64,000 nt of DNA from an uncultured Bacteroides sp. (GTDB taxonomy: Bacteria > Bacteroidota > Bacteroidia > Bacteroidales > GCA-2748055). Under the pieces are notes generated by a model. The model was not told the DNA's origin and made no database searches. It worked only from the letters and a program-made list of their open reading frames with translations. The DNA lies in assembly GCA_964500835.1 (NCBI GenBank), contig CAZCQL010000007.1, positions 31,871 to 95,870 of the forward strand. The letters run 5' to 3'. The translations under genes were made by a program, and so were the position numbers. Below are positions 47,568-56,352 of this stretch, piece by piece; within the stretch, counting starts at the first letter, position 1; each line of letters opens with the position of its first letter.

Positions 47568-48347
47568 ATGGATATTAAAGAAATTATAAAGCCGGAAAAC
47601 CAGGTTTACAGGCGAACCCCACTTATGACCGATGCCACCCTTTCCTATTGTCCTGGCTGTGGTCACGGAACTATCCATCGCCTGATCATGGAAGTGGTGG
47701 AAGAAATGGGGATCCAGTCCGATACGATCGGGATTGCACCTGTAGGCTGTTCGGTGATTGCATATGATTTTATGGATGTGGATTTTACCCAAGCAGCTCA
47801 TGGGCGTGCGCCAGCTGTAGCTACCGGGATTAAACGGTTATGGCCGGATAAGATCGTATTTACATACCAGGGAGATGGAGACCTTGCGGCCATCGGAACC
47901 GGGGAAACCATTCATGCCTGTAACCGGGGTGAGAATATCACAATCTTCTTTGTGAATAACGGGATATACGGGATGACCGGAGGTCAGATGGCTCCCACAA
48001 CATTAGAAGGTATGAAGTCATCCACCTCTCCTTATGGCCGGAACCGTGAGACCATGGGGCCACCCTATAAAATAACTGAGATGATTGCCCGGCTTCCCGG
48101 AACCTATTATGTAACACGGCAGTCGGTGCATAAGCCCGGACCGGTTAGGAAATCCAAAAAAGCGATTCGTAAGGCACTTGAGAATCAGAAGAATAATAAG
48201 GGGTTGTCTTTTATTGAGTTTGTGTCAAATTGTAATTCGGGGTGGAAGATGACTCCCAATGAGTCCAATAGTTGGATGGAGGAGAATATGTTTCAATTTT
48301 TTCCAATGGGGGATATAAAGGTTGATGGCGAGTTAGTAAATGGCTAA
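47568..48347 (+). CDS. 2-oxoacid:ferredoxin oxidoreductase beta subunit (TPP-binding)
   Basis: YCPGCGHG is present, with the TPP-binding region GDGDLAAIG...NNGIYGMTGGQ. The start abuts the alpha-subunit stop. Confidence 0.85.
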   Translation: MDIKEIIKPENQVYRRTPLMTDATLSYCPGCGHGTIHRLIMEVVEEMGIQSDTIGIAPVGCSVIAYDFMDVDFTQAAHGRAPAVATGIKRLWPDKIVFTYQGDGDLAAIGTGETIHACNRGENITIFFVNNGIYGMTGGQMAPTTLEGMKSSTSPYGRNRETMGPPYKITEMIARLPGTYYVTRQSVHKPGPVRKSKKAIRKALENQKNNKGLSFIEFVSNCNSGWKMTPNESNSWMEENMFQFFPMGDIKVDGELVNG

Positions 48348-48420
48348 TGGGTAGGGTATTAGTAGCGGGCGGTTAGTGGAATAGAATTAGCGGGCGAAGA
48401 ATATGCAAACGTAAAATGGT

Positions 48421-48975
48421 ATGACGGAAGAAATAATCATCGCCGGATTTGGCGGACAGGGTGTCCTTTCGATGGGTAAAATTCTTGCCTATTCGGGGAT
48501 CATGCAGGATCAGGAAGTGAGCTGGATGCCATCTTATGGACCGGAAATGCGCGGCGGGACAGCCAATGTTACTGTGATACTTAGTGACGATCGTGTCAGT
48601 TCTCCTGTGCTGCAGAGCTACGACACGGCCATTTTGCTTAATCAGCAATCGGTAGACAAATTTGAGTCAAGGACCAAACCAGGTGGATTAATAATCTATG
48701 ATCCTAATGGTATAACCCTGCATCCCCGAAGGGATGATATCCGGATCTTTCAGGTTGAGGCTGCCGAAGAAGCTGCCCGAATGAAGTCCCCGATCACATT
48801 CAACATGGTGGTGCTGGGAGCCTTTATTAAGGTAAATCCAGTTGTAACTTTTGAAAACGTGATGAAGGGCCTTCATAAGTCGCTGCCGGAAAGGCACCAC
48901 CACCTGATCCCGGTCAATGAAAAGGCAATTCTGAGAGGAATGGAGATTGTCAAAGAGGCCAGGCTAACGGTCTGA
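48421..48975 (+). CDS. 2-oxoacid:ferredoxin oxidoreductase gamma subunit
   Basis: IIIAGFGGQGVLSMGKILA...YGPEMRGGTANV is typical of the gamma subunit. The ORF is 184 aa. Confidence 0.85.
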   Translation: MTEEIIIAGFGGQGVLSMGKILAYSGIMQDQEVSWMPSYGPEMRGGTANVTVILSDDRVSSPVLQSYDTAILLNQQSVDKFESRTKPGGLIIYDPNGITLHPRRDDIRIFQVEAAEEAARMKSPITFNMVVLGAFIKVNPVVTFENVMKGLHKSLPERHHHLIPVNEKAILRGMEIVKEARLTV

Positions 48976-49554
48976 GTTTTTCTTTTCGTAGAAGTGCATT
49001 TCGCGCATATAATCGTAGGCAGCTGCAGGCATCAGATGTCTGATATCTTTTCCTTCGTGAATGGCACGGCGGATAAAACTTGATGAGATTTCCATGAGGG
49101 GTGCTTCCACGACAGTTGCATTAGGCAGGAGGGAAGCGGCGGCCAGATCAGCTCCCGGACGAGGATAGATCAAGCGGTGGTATTTTTCCGCTATCAGTTT
49201 AGCATGTTTCCATTTAGAAAATGTGCGCAAACCATCGGCTCCCATAACCAATTGAAACTCGCTTCCGGGATTTTTCTCCTCCAGGTAAGCGAGTGTATCG
49301 ATGGTATATGATGGTGTTGGTAAACGGAACTCGATATCAGATGCCCTGAAGCGTTCGTCCTCCTGAATAGCCAGCCGTACCATTTCTAATCGGTGATAGT
49401 CTTTTAATAGTGATTTTTTCTCTTTCAGGGGATTTTGGGGACTTACCACGAACCAGAGTTGTTCCAGGTCACTGAATTCGATTATATAATTGGCTATGGC
49501 CAGATGTCCAATATGGATTGGATTAAAAGATCCGAAATAAAGTCCTGTGATCAT
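48964..49554 (-). CDS. nadD: Nicotinate-nucleotide adenylyltransferase
   Basis: GLYFGSFNPIHIGHLAIA is the nucleotidyltransferase HxGH motif. ISSSFIR is also present. The ORF is 196 aa. Confidence 0.9.
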   Translation of the reverse strand: MITGLYFGSFNPIHIGHLAIANYIIEFSDLEQLWFVVSPQNPLKEKKSLLKDYHRLEMVRLAIQEDERFRASDIEFRLPTPSYTIDTLAYLEEKNPGSEFQLVMGADGLRTFSKWKHAKLIAEKYHRLIYPRPGADLAAASLLPNATVVEAPLMEISSSFIRRAIHEGKDIRHLMPAAAYDYMREMHFYEKKNSDR

Positions 49555-50117
49555 TGTTCCAGGAATTTTTTCACAAGGTTTTCCGAATCTGATAATGCCT
49601 GTTCGAGGTTATCGTTCACAACCACATGATCGAATTGATCCGCAAACTGCATCTCAAAACCGGCTTTACCCAATCTTTTTTGCAAGGTTTCCTTGTCATC
49701 TGTACCCCTTAATCTTAGCCTTTCTTCAAGTACGTCTAATGAAGGTGGTTTTACAAATATTGCGCATGCTCTATCTCCATATTCCTTTTTTAGATTTAGT
49801 CCTCCTACCACATCTATATCAAAAAGAGCGTGCTTCCCGTTGTTCCATATTCTATCGACTTCGCTGCGGAGCGTGCCATAGTATTGCCCTGTGTACACCT
49901 CTTCCCATTCGATGAATGAATTGTCACCGATCTTTTTGTGGAATGATCCCGGTGAGATAAAATAGTAATCCCTGCCATCTTCCTCACCCTTTCGGGGCAT
50001 TCGGGATGTAGCTGAAATACTGAATGCCAGCCCGAAATTTTGTTTGATCAGGTGTTGCACAATGGTTGATTTGCCAGAGCCAGACGGGGCACTGAATATT
50101 AGAAGCTTTCCAATCAT
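49551..50117 (-). CDS. gmk: Guanylate kinase
   Basis: The P-loop is SAPSGSGKST. Also present are TSRMPRKGEEDGRDYYF and YGT. The ORF is 188 aa. Confidence 0.9.
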   Translation of the reverse strand: MIGKLLIFSAPSGSGKSTIVQHLIKQNFGLAFSISATSRMPRKGEEDGRDYYFISPGSFHKKIGDNSFIEWEEVYTGQYYGTLRSEVDRIWNNGKHALFDIDVVGGLNLKKEYGDRACAIFVKPPSLDVLEERLRLRGTDDKETLQKRLGKAGFEMQFADQFDHVVVNDNLEQALSDSENLVKKFLEQ

Positions 50118-50992
50118 TAAAGCACGTTGAGGATCTGTTCCTTAATCCGTTCCAATTCATCCTTCATTTCAACCACCAGCCTCTGGATATCTGCATGATT
50201 GGCTTTTGATCCAAGAGTATTTATCTCACGCCCCATTTCCTGGGAGATGAATCCTAATTTTTTACCTGCAGGGCCCGATTCTTCCATGGTTTCCAAAAAG
50301 TAGGTGCAATGGTTCATCAATCTAACTTTCTCTTCAGAGATATCCAGTTTCTCAATATAATAAATGAGTTCCTGTTCAAACCGGTTTTCATCTACCTGGT
50401 CTTTTTTTAAAAAAGTGGCAAGGTTCTTCCCGATACGGTCCCTTATCTGCGTAATCCGGTCCTCTTCGTGCTGCGGAATCATGGATAACTTATCAGATAT
50501 GGAAGAAACTCTCTGGCGCAGGTCACTGTCCAGTGCCTCCCCCTCCTGAACCCTAAATTCATTGACCTGCCACAACGCGAGTTGAATTGAGGATCTAACT
50601 TCCTTCCACTCCTTTTCCCCTAATTCAGGTTTTTCTGAATGAATGGTATCGGGCATCCGCATCACCGTATTCAGTAATTCCATGGATGACTGAAGACCCA
50701 AATCGCCTGATATTTTGATTAGTTGTTCATAATAGCTTTTTACAACGGCCTCATTGATTTTTCCTGTGCCGGTTTCGCTGGTAAGGTCAAAGTAAAAGGA
50801 ACAGTCCACCTTTCCCCGTTCCAATTCACCAGCAATGAGCTGTCGGATTTCCATTTCCTTTTCCTTATAAAGAGAAGGGAGCCTGGTGTTGGTGTCCAGT
50901 TGCTTGCTGTTTAAGGATTTAATCTCGATTGTCAGTTTCTTATCAGGGAGTATGCATTCAGCTTTTCCATATCCGGTCATAGATCTGATCAT
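50117..50992 (-). CDS. yicC: YicC-family stress-induced protein
   Basis: MIRSMTGYGKAE starts the protein, and the C-terminal FISQEMGREINTLGSKAN is the YicC N- and C-terminal signature. The ORF is 291 aa. Confidence 0.85.
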   Translation of the reverse strand: MIRSMTGYGKAECILPDKKLTIEIKSLNSKQLDTNTRLPSLYKEKEMEIRQLIAGELERGKVDCSFYFDLTSETGTGKINEAVVKSYYEQLIKISGDLGLQSSMELLNTVMRMPDTIHSEKPELGEKEWKEVRSSIQLALWQVNEFRVQEGEALDSDLRQRVSSISDKLSMIPQHEEDRITQIRDRIGKNLATFLKKDQVDENRFEQELIYYIEKLDISEEKVRLMNHCTYFLETMEESGPAGKKLGFISQEMGREINTLGSKANHADIQRLVVEMKDELERIKEQILNVL

Positions 50993-51095
50993 GGGTCAAT
51001 TGTATTCTATGTAACGTAAAATTAGTAAAATAGAGTGAACTGACTAATTTTCTAAATTTTGATATGGATTGTGTGATAGCGTCTTAGATCATTGG

Positions 51096-54000
51096 TTAAT
51101 TGGCCATAGGAATTGTAAAACTGAAGGTAGTGCCCAATCCTGGCTTGCTCTGGACAGTAATCTCACCTCCGTTTTTCTCCACAAATTCACGACAAATAAT
51201 CAATCCCAGTCCGGTTCCCTTCTCGCCAGCGGTCCCTGTAGATTTAACCTTCTCATCAATGCGAAAAAGTTTATTCATATTCTCTTCCGGAATCCCTATT
51301 CCTTCGTCTATCACACTTACCTTAATATGTTTCTCATTGGTCTGCAATTTCACTGATATTTCCTTATCCCGGTCTGTAAATTTTACTGCATTAGTCAATA
51401 AATTCCTGATTACACTGTGAATCATATCCCGGTCGCCATAGGCAAAAACTTCCTCATTTCCTGGTGAAAGCAGCATGATACCCTTTTTCTCAGCAAGTAG
51501 TTTGTGTAGGTTAAGATTCTCCTGGACAAGTGTGCTAAGATTGAATCTTACTGGCTCAAACTTAAGCCTGCCGCGTTGTGAGCTGGACCAGGTAAGCAGG
51601 TTTTCCAGTAAGTCTAGAAGGTGCTTCACCGACTTATTTATCTTTTTGAATCCGGCTTTGTGGTCCTCTTTATCTGCCTCGTCAAAACTTTCTACCATTA
51701 ATTCGCTAATGGAGAGAAGGCTGGAGAACGGATTTTTCAGGTCATGGGAGATGATGGAGAAGAACTTATCCTTGGTAGCATTTAGTTCCATTAAGTTCTT
51801 TTCTGATTCCCGGAGGGCTTCATTGGCCTGACTAATTTGTTGATTCTGGGATTTAAGCAACCTGTTTGTCCGGGACTTGACTAAATAAATATAGATCATT
51901 ATTGCAATGGCAGAGGCTACCACTACCTCCAGAAGGAGGAACCACCAGGCTTGCCAGTATGGTGGAGTGATCGCTATGCGGAGTTGCATAGGAGGGTCAC
52001 TCCGGTAACCATCCAGATTTTCGGCTACAACCTTTAACACATATAAGCCAGGCTTCATGTTGGTGTAAGAGACATAATTTCGGGTGCCTGCGTTGTTCCA
52101 ATCTGTTTCCAGGTTTTCCATAATGTAAGAGTACCTGAGCTTCCCGTGCTGCAGGTTATTAAGAGCAGTAAATTCGATTGAAAAAAAACGATGTTTGTAG
52201 TCCAGAACGATCTCCTCCATATAGGTCACATTCTCACTGGAGTAGTACTCTCCCTCAAACTCGACAATGCGACCGGGATCTTTTTCAAATTCCTCCTCCA
52301 GGTCCACTCCGGCAATTTTGACATCTTTTCCCATCACCTCCAATTTGGTGAGGGTTACCTCGGTAACGTTCCGAATTGGTTCCAGGCTGTTAGGATCGAT
52401 CACGTTTAAACCATATACGCCACCAAAAAACAGCCTCCCGTCCTCACTCCTGTGGTAGGCACCCCCGTTAAATTCGTTGCTTTGCAAGCCATCATTCATG
52501 TCATAGTTTTTTGCCTCAAACGTTTCCAGGTCAAAACGGATAATTCCCCGGTTAGTGCTTAACCAAATATGGTTATCGCTATCGGGCAGAACCCCATAGA
52601 TCACTTCATTGGCCAGTCCTTCAACGACCCCAAACCGTCGAAATGATTCCGTGGCAGGGTAGAACATATTCAGTCCGCTATTGGTCCCAATCCAAAACCT
52701 GCCTTTGTCATCTTCGTGGATGGAAAAAACGATATTGTCTGAAATGGAGGTCGGATCTTCCGGGTCGTGTTGAAAACTGATGCAGCTACCGTCTTCCAAG
52801 TTCATTTTGCAGAGGCCACCTCCGTAGGTGCCCACCCAAAGGTTGTCCTCCCTGTCCTGGTAAATAGCGGAATATATGAAATTATGCATGGGTACATCCC
52901 CTTCACTGGCACCCATCAGAAACCGCCGGAAGGAAGTTCCATCTCCTTCCAGAAGATTTAGTCCGTTCCGGGTGCCTACCCAAATATTACCATACCGGTC
53001 CTCATACACAGTTCTCACCGAGTTGTCAGAAATAGTAGATGGATCGGCAGGATCATTTTTAAAATGGGAGAATGAATGCTCAAAGGGATTGAAAAGGTCC
53101 AATCCACCTCCATCGGTACCAACCCAAATCCGATTTTTACTGTCCTGGAAAACTTTCCTCACTGAGGAATTTGAAAGTGAAGCAGGGTTAAGAGGATTGT
53201 GGTCGTAATGTGTAAATGTGCCAGTGTGTTGATTATAACAACTAATTCCATGAGCATTGGTACCAAACCACAGGGTACTGTCTGCAGTTTCGGATATGGT
53301 CCATACAAACGAACTAGCCAGACTATTTGAATTAAAAGGATTATTTTTAAATAAGGTGAATCTGTTGGACTGGGGGTCCAGAATACTAACGCCGGCACCA
53401 AATGTACCAAACCACATAGCACCGGATCTATCCTGGAATATGCAGTTAATAGAGTTCTCTGAAAGGCTTTGAGGATCGGCTGGATTGTGGATGAAATGGT
53501 TGTAGTCCAGGGTAGCCTCGTCGATCTTGTATACCCCATCCCCAAAGGTTCCAAACCAGATATATCCATCACGGTCCTCTAGAAGTGGCTCACTGGGATC
53601 TAATGAAAGAGAACGATTCGCCCCTCCTACATCAAGTACTTTCTCCAGTTTCAGTTCGGCTCCCCGGTAACAGTAAAGCCCTTCTGTGGTAAGGGCCCAT
53701 ACCTGGCCAAGATTGTCGGGCAAAACCCTGCTGATTTTCGTTTCAGGATCGTCAAATCCAGCCGGAATGTGAAGGTGTTGCCCTTCCAATGTAAGATCCA
53801 GTTTAATCAGACCCGATTCAGTTCCCATCCACAATGCATCCTCACCATAGGTCATCTGCAAAATTGGCGTATTCTCATCAAGCAGTCCGCCAGCTGTTTC
53901 ATTGAAGAACAGGCCAGACTTATTGTCATAGCTAAATAACCCCTGGTAAGTACTTATCCAAAAAGCGCCAGATTCATCCTGAATGAAACCCGTAATGTGC

Positions 54001-54533
54001 GATGTAAGACCTGAAAGTTCAGGCTCATCGGGACTAATCCGTTCTATTTCATTGGTAAACCGATCAACCCTGTTCAGTCCTTTAATGGTCCCTACCCATA
54101 CATCATTATGAATATCGGCTTCAATGGCCGTGACCGAATCATTGGAAAGTGAAAGTAGCGAGGCAGGATCATGTCTCATCGCAGTGAAAACTCCGGTCCG
54201 TGGGTTGTACTTCGTTAGTCCGCCTCTCGAACCAAGCCAAATCATCCCGGATTTGTCTTCGAATACTAATTCTACCCACTTATTGGCGAGAATGTTATGC
54301 TGATCAGTAGTAGCTCCATAGACGGTAATGGACTGACCATCATATTTATTTAAGCCATCTTCTGTTCCAAACCAGATGAATCCTTTTGAATCCTGATAAA
54401 TGGTATACACCGAGCTAAGGGAAAGCCCGTCATTGATAGTGATTTGCTGGAATCGAACATACTCATCCTGTCCAAACAAAGGGACATTCAGTAGAAAGGG
54501 CACTAAAAAAAGATAAAGATATCTCTTAATCAT
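51096..54533 (-). CDS. Sensor histidine kinase with a periplasmic double beta-propeller/Y_Y_Y sensor (HTCS-like but lacking receiver and AraC output domains)
   Basis: A signal/TM segment is followed by many two-component-regulator-propeller repeats (WFGT..GL..Y/F recurring, e.g. IWFGTEDGLNKYD, MWFGTFGAGVSIL). A Y_Y_Y-like region (YSYIMENLETDWN) and a TM helix (WWFLLLEVVVASAIAIMIYIYLV) follow. A coiled coil, the HisKA H-box FFSIISHDLKNPF, and the HATPase N/G boxes NLLTNAVKFT and GTGLGL complete the protein. The ORF ends about 15 aa after the ATPase domain. Confidence 0.85.
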   Translation of the reverse strand: MIKRYLYLFLVPFLLNVPLFGQDEYVRFQQITINDGLSLSSVYTIYQDSKGFIWFGTEDGLNKYDGQSITVYGATTDQHNILANKWVELVFEDKSGMIWLGSRGGLTKYNPRTGVFTAMRHDPASLLSLSNDSVTAIEADIHNDVWVGTIKGLNRVDRFTNEIERISPDEPELSGLTSHITGFIQDESGAFWISTYQGLFSYDNKSGLFFNETAGGLLDENTPILQMTYGEDALWMGTESGLIKLDLTLEGQHLHIPAGFDDPETKISRVLPDNLGQVWALTTEGLYCYRGAELKLEKVLDVGGANRSLSLDPSEPLLEDRDGYIWFGTFGDGVYKIDEATLDYNHFIHNPADPQSLSENSINCIFQDRSGAMWFGTFGAGVSILDPQSNRFTLFKNNPFNSNSLASSFVWTISETADSTLWFGTNAHGISCYNQHTGTFTHYDHNPLNPASLSNSSVRKVFQDSKNRIWVGTDGGGLDLFNPFEHSFSHFKNDPADPSTISDNSVRTVYEDRYGNIWVGTRNGLNLLEGDGTSFRRFLMGASEGDVPMHNFIYSAIYQDREDNLWVGTYGGGLCKMNLEDGSCISFQHDPEDPTSISDNIVFSIHEDDKGRFWIGTNSGLNMFYPATESFRRFGVVEGLANEVIYGVLPDSDNHIWLSTNRGIIRFDLETFEAKNYDMNDGLQSNEFNGGAYHRSEDGRLFFGGVYGLNVIDPNSLEPIRNVTEVTLTKLEVMGKDVKIAGVDLEEEFEKDPGRIVEFEGEYYSSENVTYMEEIVLDYKHRFFSIEFTALNNLQHGKLRYSYIMENLETDWNNAGTRNYVSYTNMKPGLYVLKVVAENLDGYRSDPPMQLRIAITPPYWQAWWFLLLEVVVASAIAIMIYIYLVKSRTNRLLKSQNQQISQANEALRESEKNLMELNATKDKFFSIISHDLKNPFSSLLSISELMVESFDEADKEDHKAGFKKINKSVKHLLDLLENLLTWSSSQRGRLKFEPVRFNLSTLVQENLNLHKLLAEKKGIMLLSPGNEEVFAYGDRDMIHSVIRNLLTNAVKFTDRDKEISVKLQTNEKHIKVSVIDEGIGIPEENMNKLFRIDEKVKSTGTAGEKGTGLGLIICREFVEKNGGEITVQSKPGLGTTFSFTIPMAN

Positions 54534-54645
54534 TCCGGCAATCGTGGTAGCATTAGTATCAATATGATATGCAAATATCGATCCAAGTTACCCAAACGGA
54601 ATGTTTAAATCAATGAAGAATTCGTTAAATTATGTTATAACATAT

Positions 54646-54927
54646 TTATTTTGTGACCTCTACGCCTCTCCAAAAAGCTACGTGATCCTTGATTCCTTTT
54701 GCCAGATTTGATGGAGCGGGATAGTACCAGGCAGCATCCTTGTTCACAGTACCATCTACTTCAAGACTATAATATGATGCTGTTCCTTTCCAATGGCAAA
54801 CGGTCTGAGTCTCACTGGGTTTAAAGAAATCGGGCCTGATCGAATCCTGGGGAAAATAGTGGTTGCCTTCTATAATTTTTGTATCATCGCTCTCAGCGAC
54901 GACCTCTCCGTTCCAAATAGCTTTCAT
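54646..54927 (-). CDS. DUF427 domain protein
   Basis: MKAIWNGEVVAESDDTKIIEGNHYFPQDSI...CHWKGTASYYSL...AAWYYPAP matches the DUF427 family pattern. The start is set at MKAIWNG (93 aa) rather than the ORF-track start 54993. Confidence 0.7.
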   Translation of the reverse strand: MKAIWNGEVVAESDDTKIIEGNHYFPQDSIRPDFFKPSETQTVCHWKGTASYYSLEVDGTVNKDAAWYYPAPSNLAKGIKDHVAFWRGVEVTK

Positions 54928-54977
54928 ATGATTATGAGTTTGTTTACAATACTGTAGTCGCTTAGAATCTGAATTCC

Positions 54978-55940
54978 TTACTGTTTTTTCCACAAAGAAT
55001 TAACAAAATACTGATTGTGGTCGAAAAAGTTTTTTACTACCTGAAATCCGCTTTTTCCGGACAAATTCCGGATCATCGGCAGGTCATACTTCTGAGATCG
55101 TTCGGTATATATGGCTTCCCATTTTCTGAATGAAATTGTTTCATCGGAGCAGTGAAAATATACTTCCTGATCCACGGTACTAACCAGGTAGCTCTTTGCG
55201 GCACCTGTATCCGGATCATAACAGGGCTCATGCCTGAATAAGTCTGGATTAAAATCAGCGCCCAGTTCCCGGTTCATTCTCCTTAGAAGATTCAGGTTGA
55301 AATCCCTGGTAAAACCATGGGGGTCGTTATAGGCACTTCGAATTACCTCCGGATCCTTTTTTAAATCGAGCCCGATAAAAAGCAGGTCATCCGGTCGCAT
55401 GGCTCTGTTGAGTTGCGCAAGAAAATTTATGCTCTTTTTAAGGTTGAAGTTTCCCAGGTTCGAACCTAAAAACATCACCACTTTCCGGTTCGGATAATCA
55501 TGCGAGAGATCCTCCAACATATGAAAGTAGTCCCCTGTACGGGATTCGACGACCAGGTCAGGAAACCTACCCCGAATTTTACCAACGAGTTGGTAACCAG
55601 CCTCTTCTGAAATGTCTATGGGGATATACCTGAATGGAGTATTCTCTGAAAGCAGAATTTCAAGGAGGATCTGTGTTTTTTGTCCGTCACCTGCCCCTAA
55701 TTCTACCAAATCAATTGCACCGCACTTGTCACAAAACATCCTGCTAATAGTTCGCTTATTAGTTTCAAAGATTTCTGCTTCACAATTGGTAAGATAATAT
55801 TCGGACATACCCATGATTTGCTGGAAGATCCGGCTTCCTTCCGAATCGTAAAAGTATTTTGAGGATATCTTTTTTTTCTGAAGTTTCAGCCCTTCCATCA
55901 ATTCGAGGACTTCGGTGGTAAGTTCAAACGTTTTCTGCAT
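54978..55940 (-). CDS. EgtD-like SAM-dependent amino-acid N-alpha-methyltransferase (histidine-betaine/hercynine synthase family)
   Basis: 320-aa ORF. YFYDSEGSRIFQQIMGMSEYYLTNCEAEIF and the SAM motif DLVELGAGDGQKT are present. FLGSNLGNF and the C-terminal FRHEPCYDPDTGAAKSYLVS also match. The layout is colinear with the EgtD/EanA family (Methyltransf_33). Confidence 0.75.
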   Translation of the reverse strand: MQKTFELTTEVLELMEGLKLQKKKISSKYFYDSEGSRIFQQIMGMSEYYLTNCEAEIFETNKRTISRMFCDKCGAIDLVELGAGDGQKTQILLEILLSENTPFRYIPIDISEEAGYQLVGKIRGRFPDLVVESRTGDYFHMLEDLSHDYPNRKVVMFLGSNLGNFNLKKSINFLAQLNRAMRPDDLLFIGLDLKKDPEVIRSAYNDPHGFTRDFNLNLLRRMNRELGADFNPDLFRHEPCYDPDTGAAKSYLVSTVDQEVYFHCSDETISFRKWEAIYTERSQKYDLPMIRNLSGKSGFQVVKNFFDHNQYFVNSLWKKQ

Positions 55941-55954
55941 AAAGATGTAAATTA

Positions 55955-56239
55955 TTAATAATTCTTGATTTTCATCTGCATTTTTATCTTGTAATAGTCG
56001 CTGCTTCTACCATTGTCCTTACAGCTGATTTGAATTTCCATTAGAATAATCAAAGCACTTAATGTAAAGATAACAGGAAATGAAGCACCCACCGATGCCA
56101 GGGCTTCTTTGCCAAGAAATCGGCCAACAATAATCTGGTCAACGAACGTATATAGCTGTTGGAACATATGTCCCACCCACATGGGGATAGCAAAATGAAA
56201 GATGTTTCTGCCCTCGCTACCTTCTGTTAAATCCTTCAT
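55955..56239 (-). pseudogene. Truncated MATE-family efflux transporter (N-terminal ~65 aa only)
   Basis: MKDLTEGSEGRNIFHFAIPMWVGHMFQQLYTFVDQIIVGRFLGKEALASVGASFPVIFTLSALI is a typical MATE N-terminus (TM1-TM2). After about residue 66 the frame runs into AT-rich non-homologous sequence and stops at 94 aa, whereas a full MATE protein is ~450 aa. Confidence 0.65.
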
Positions 56240-56352
56240 TTAATGAAAAGAGCCGGTAAAGGTCGGCAATTTTTATCATTTCGCATCCTGGGAATTCTTT
56301 TTTATTGACAACACAATTCTGGTATACCAATATCTGGTGTGGGAATGTACTT

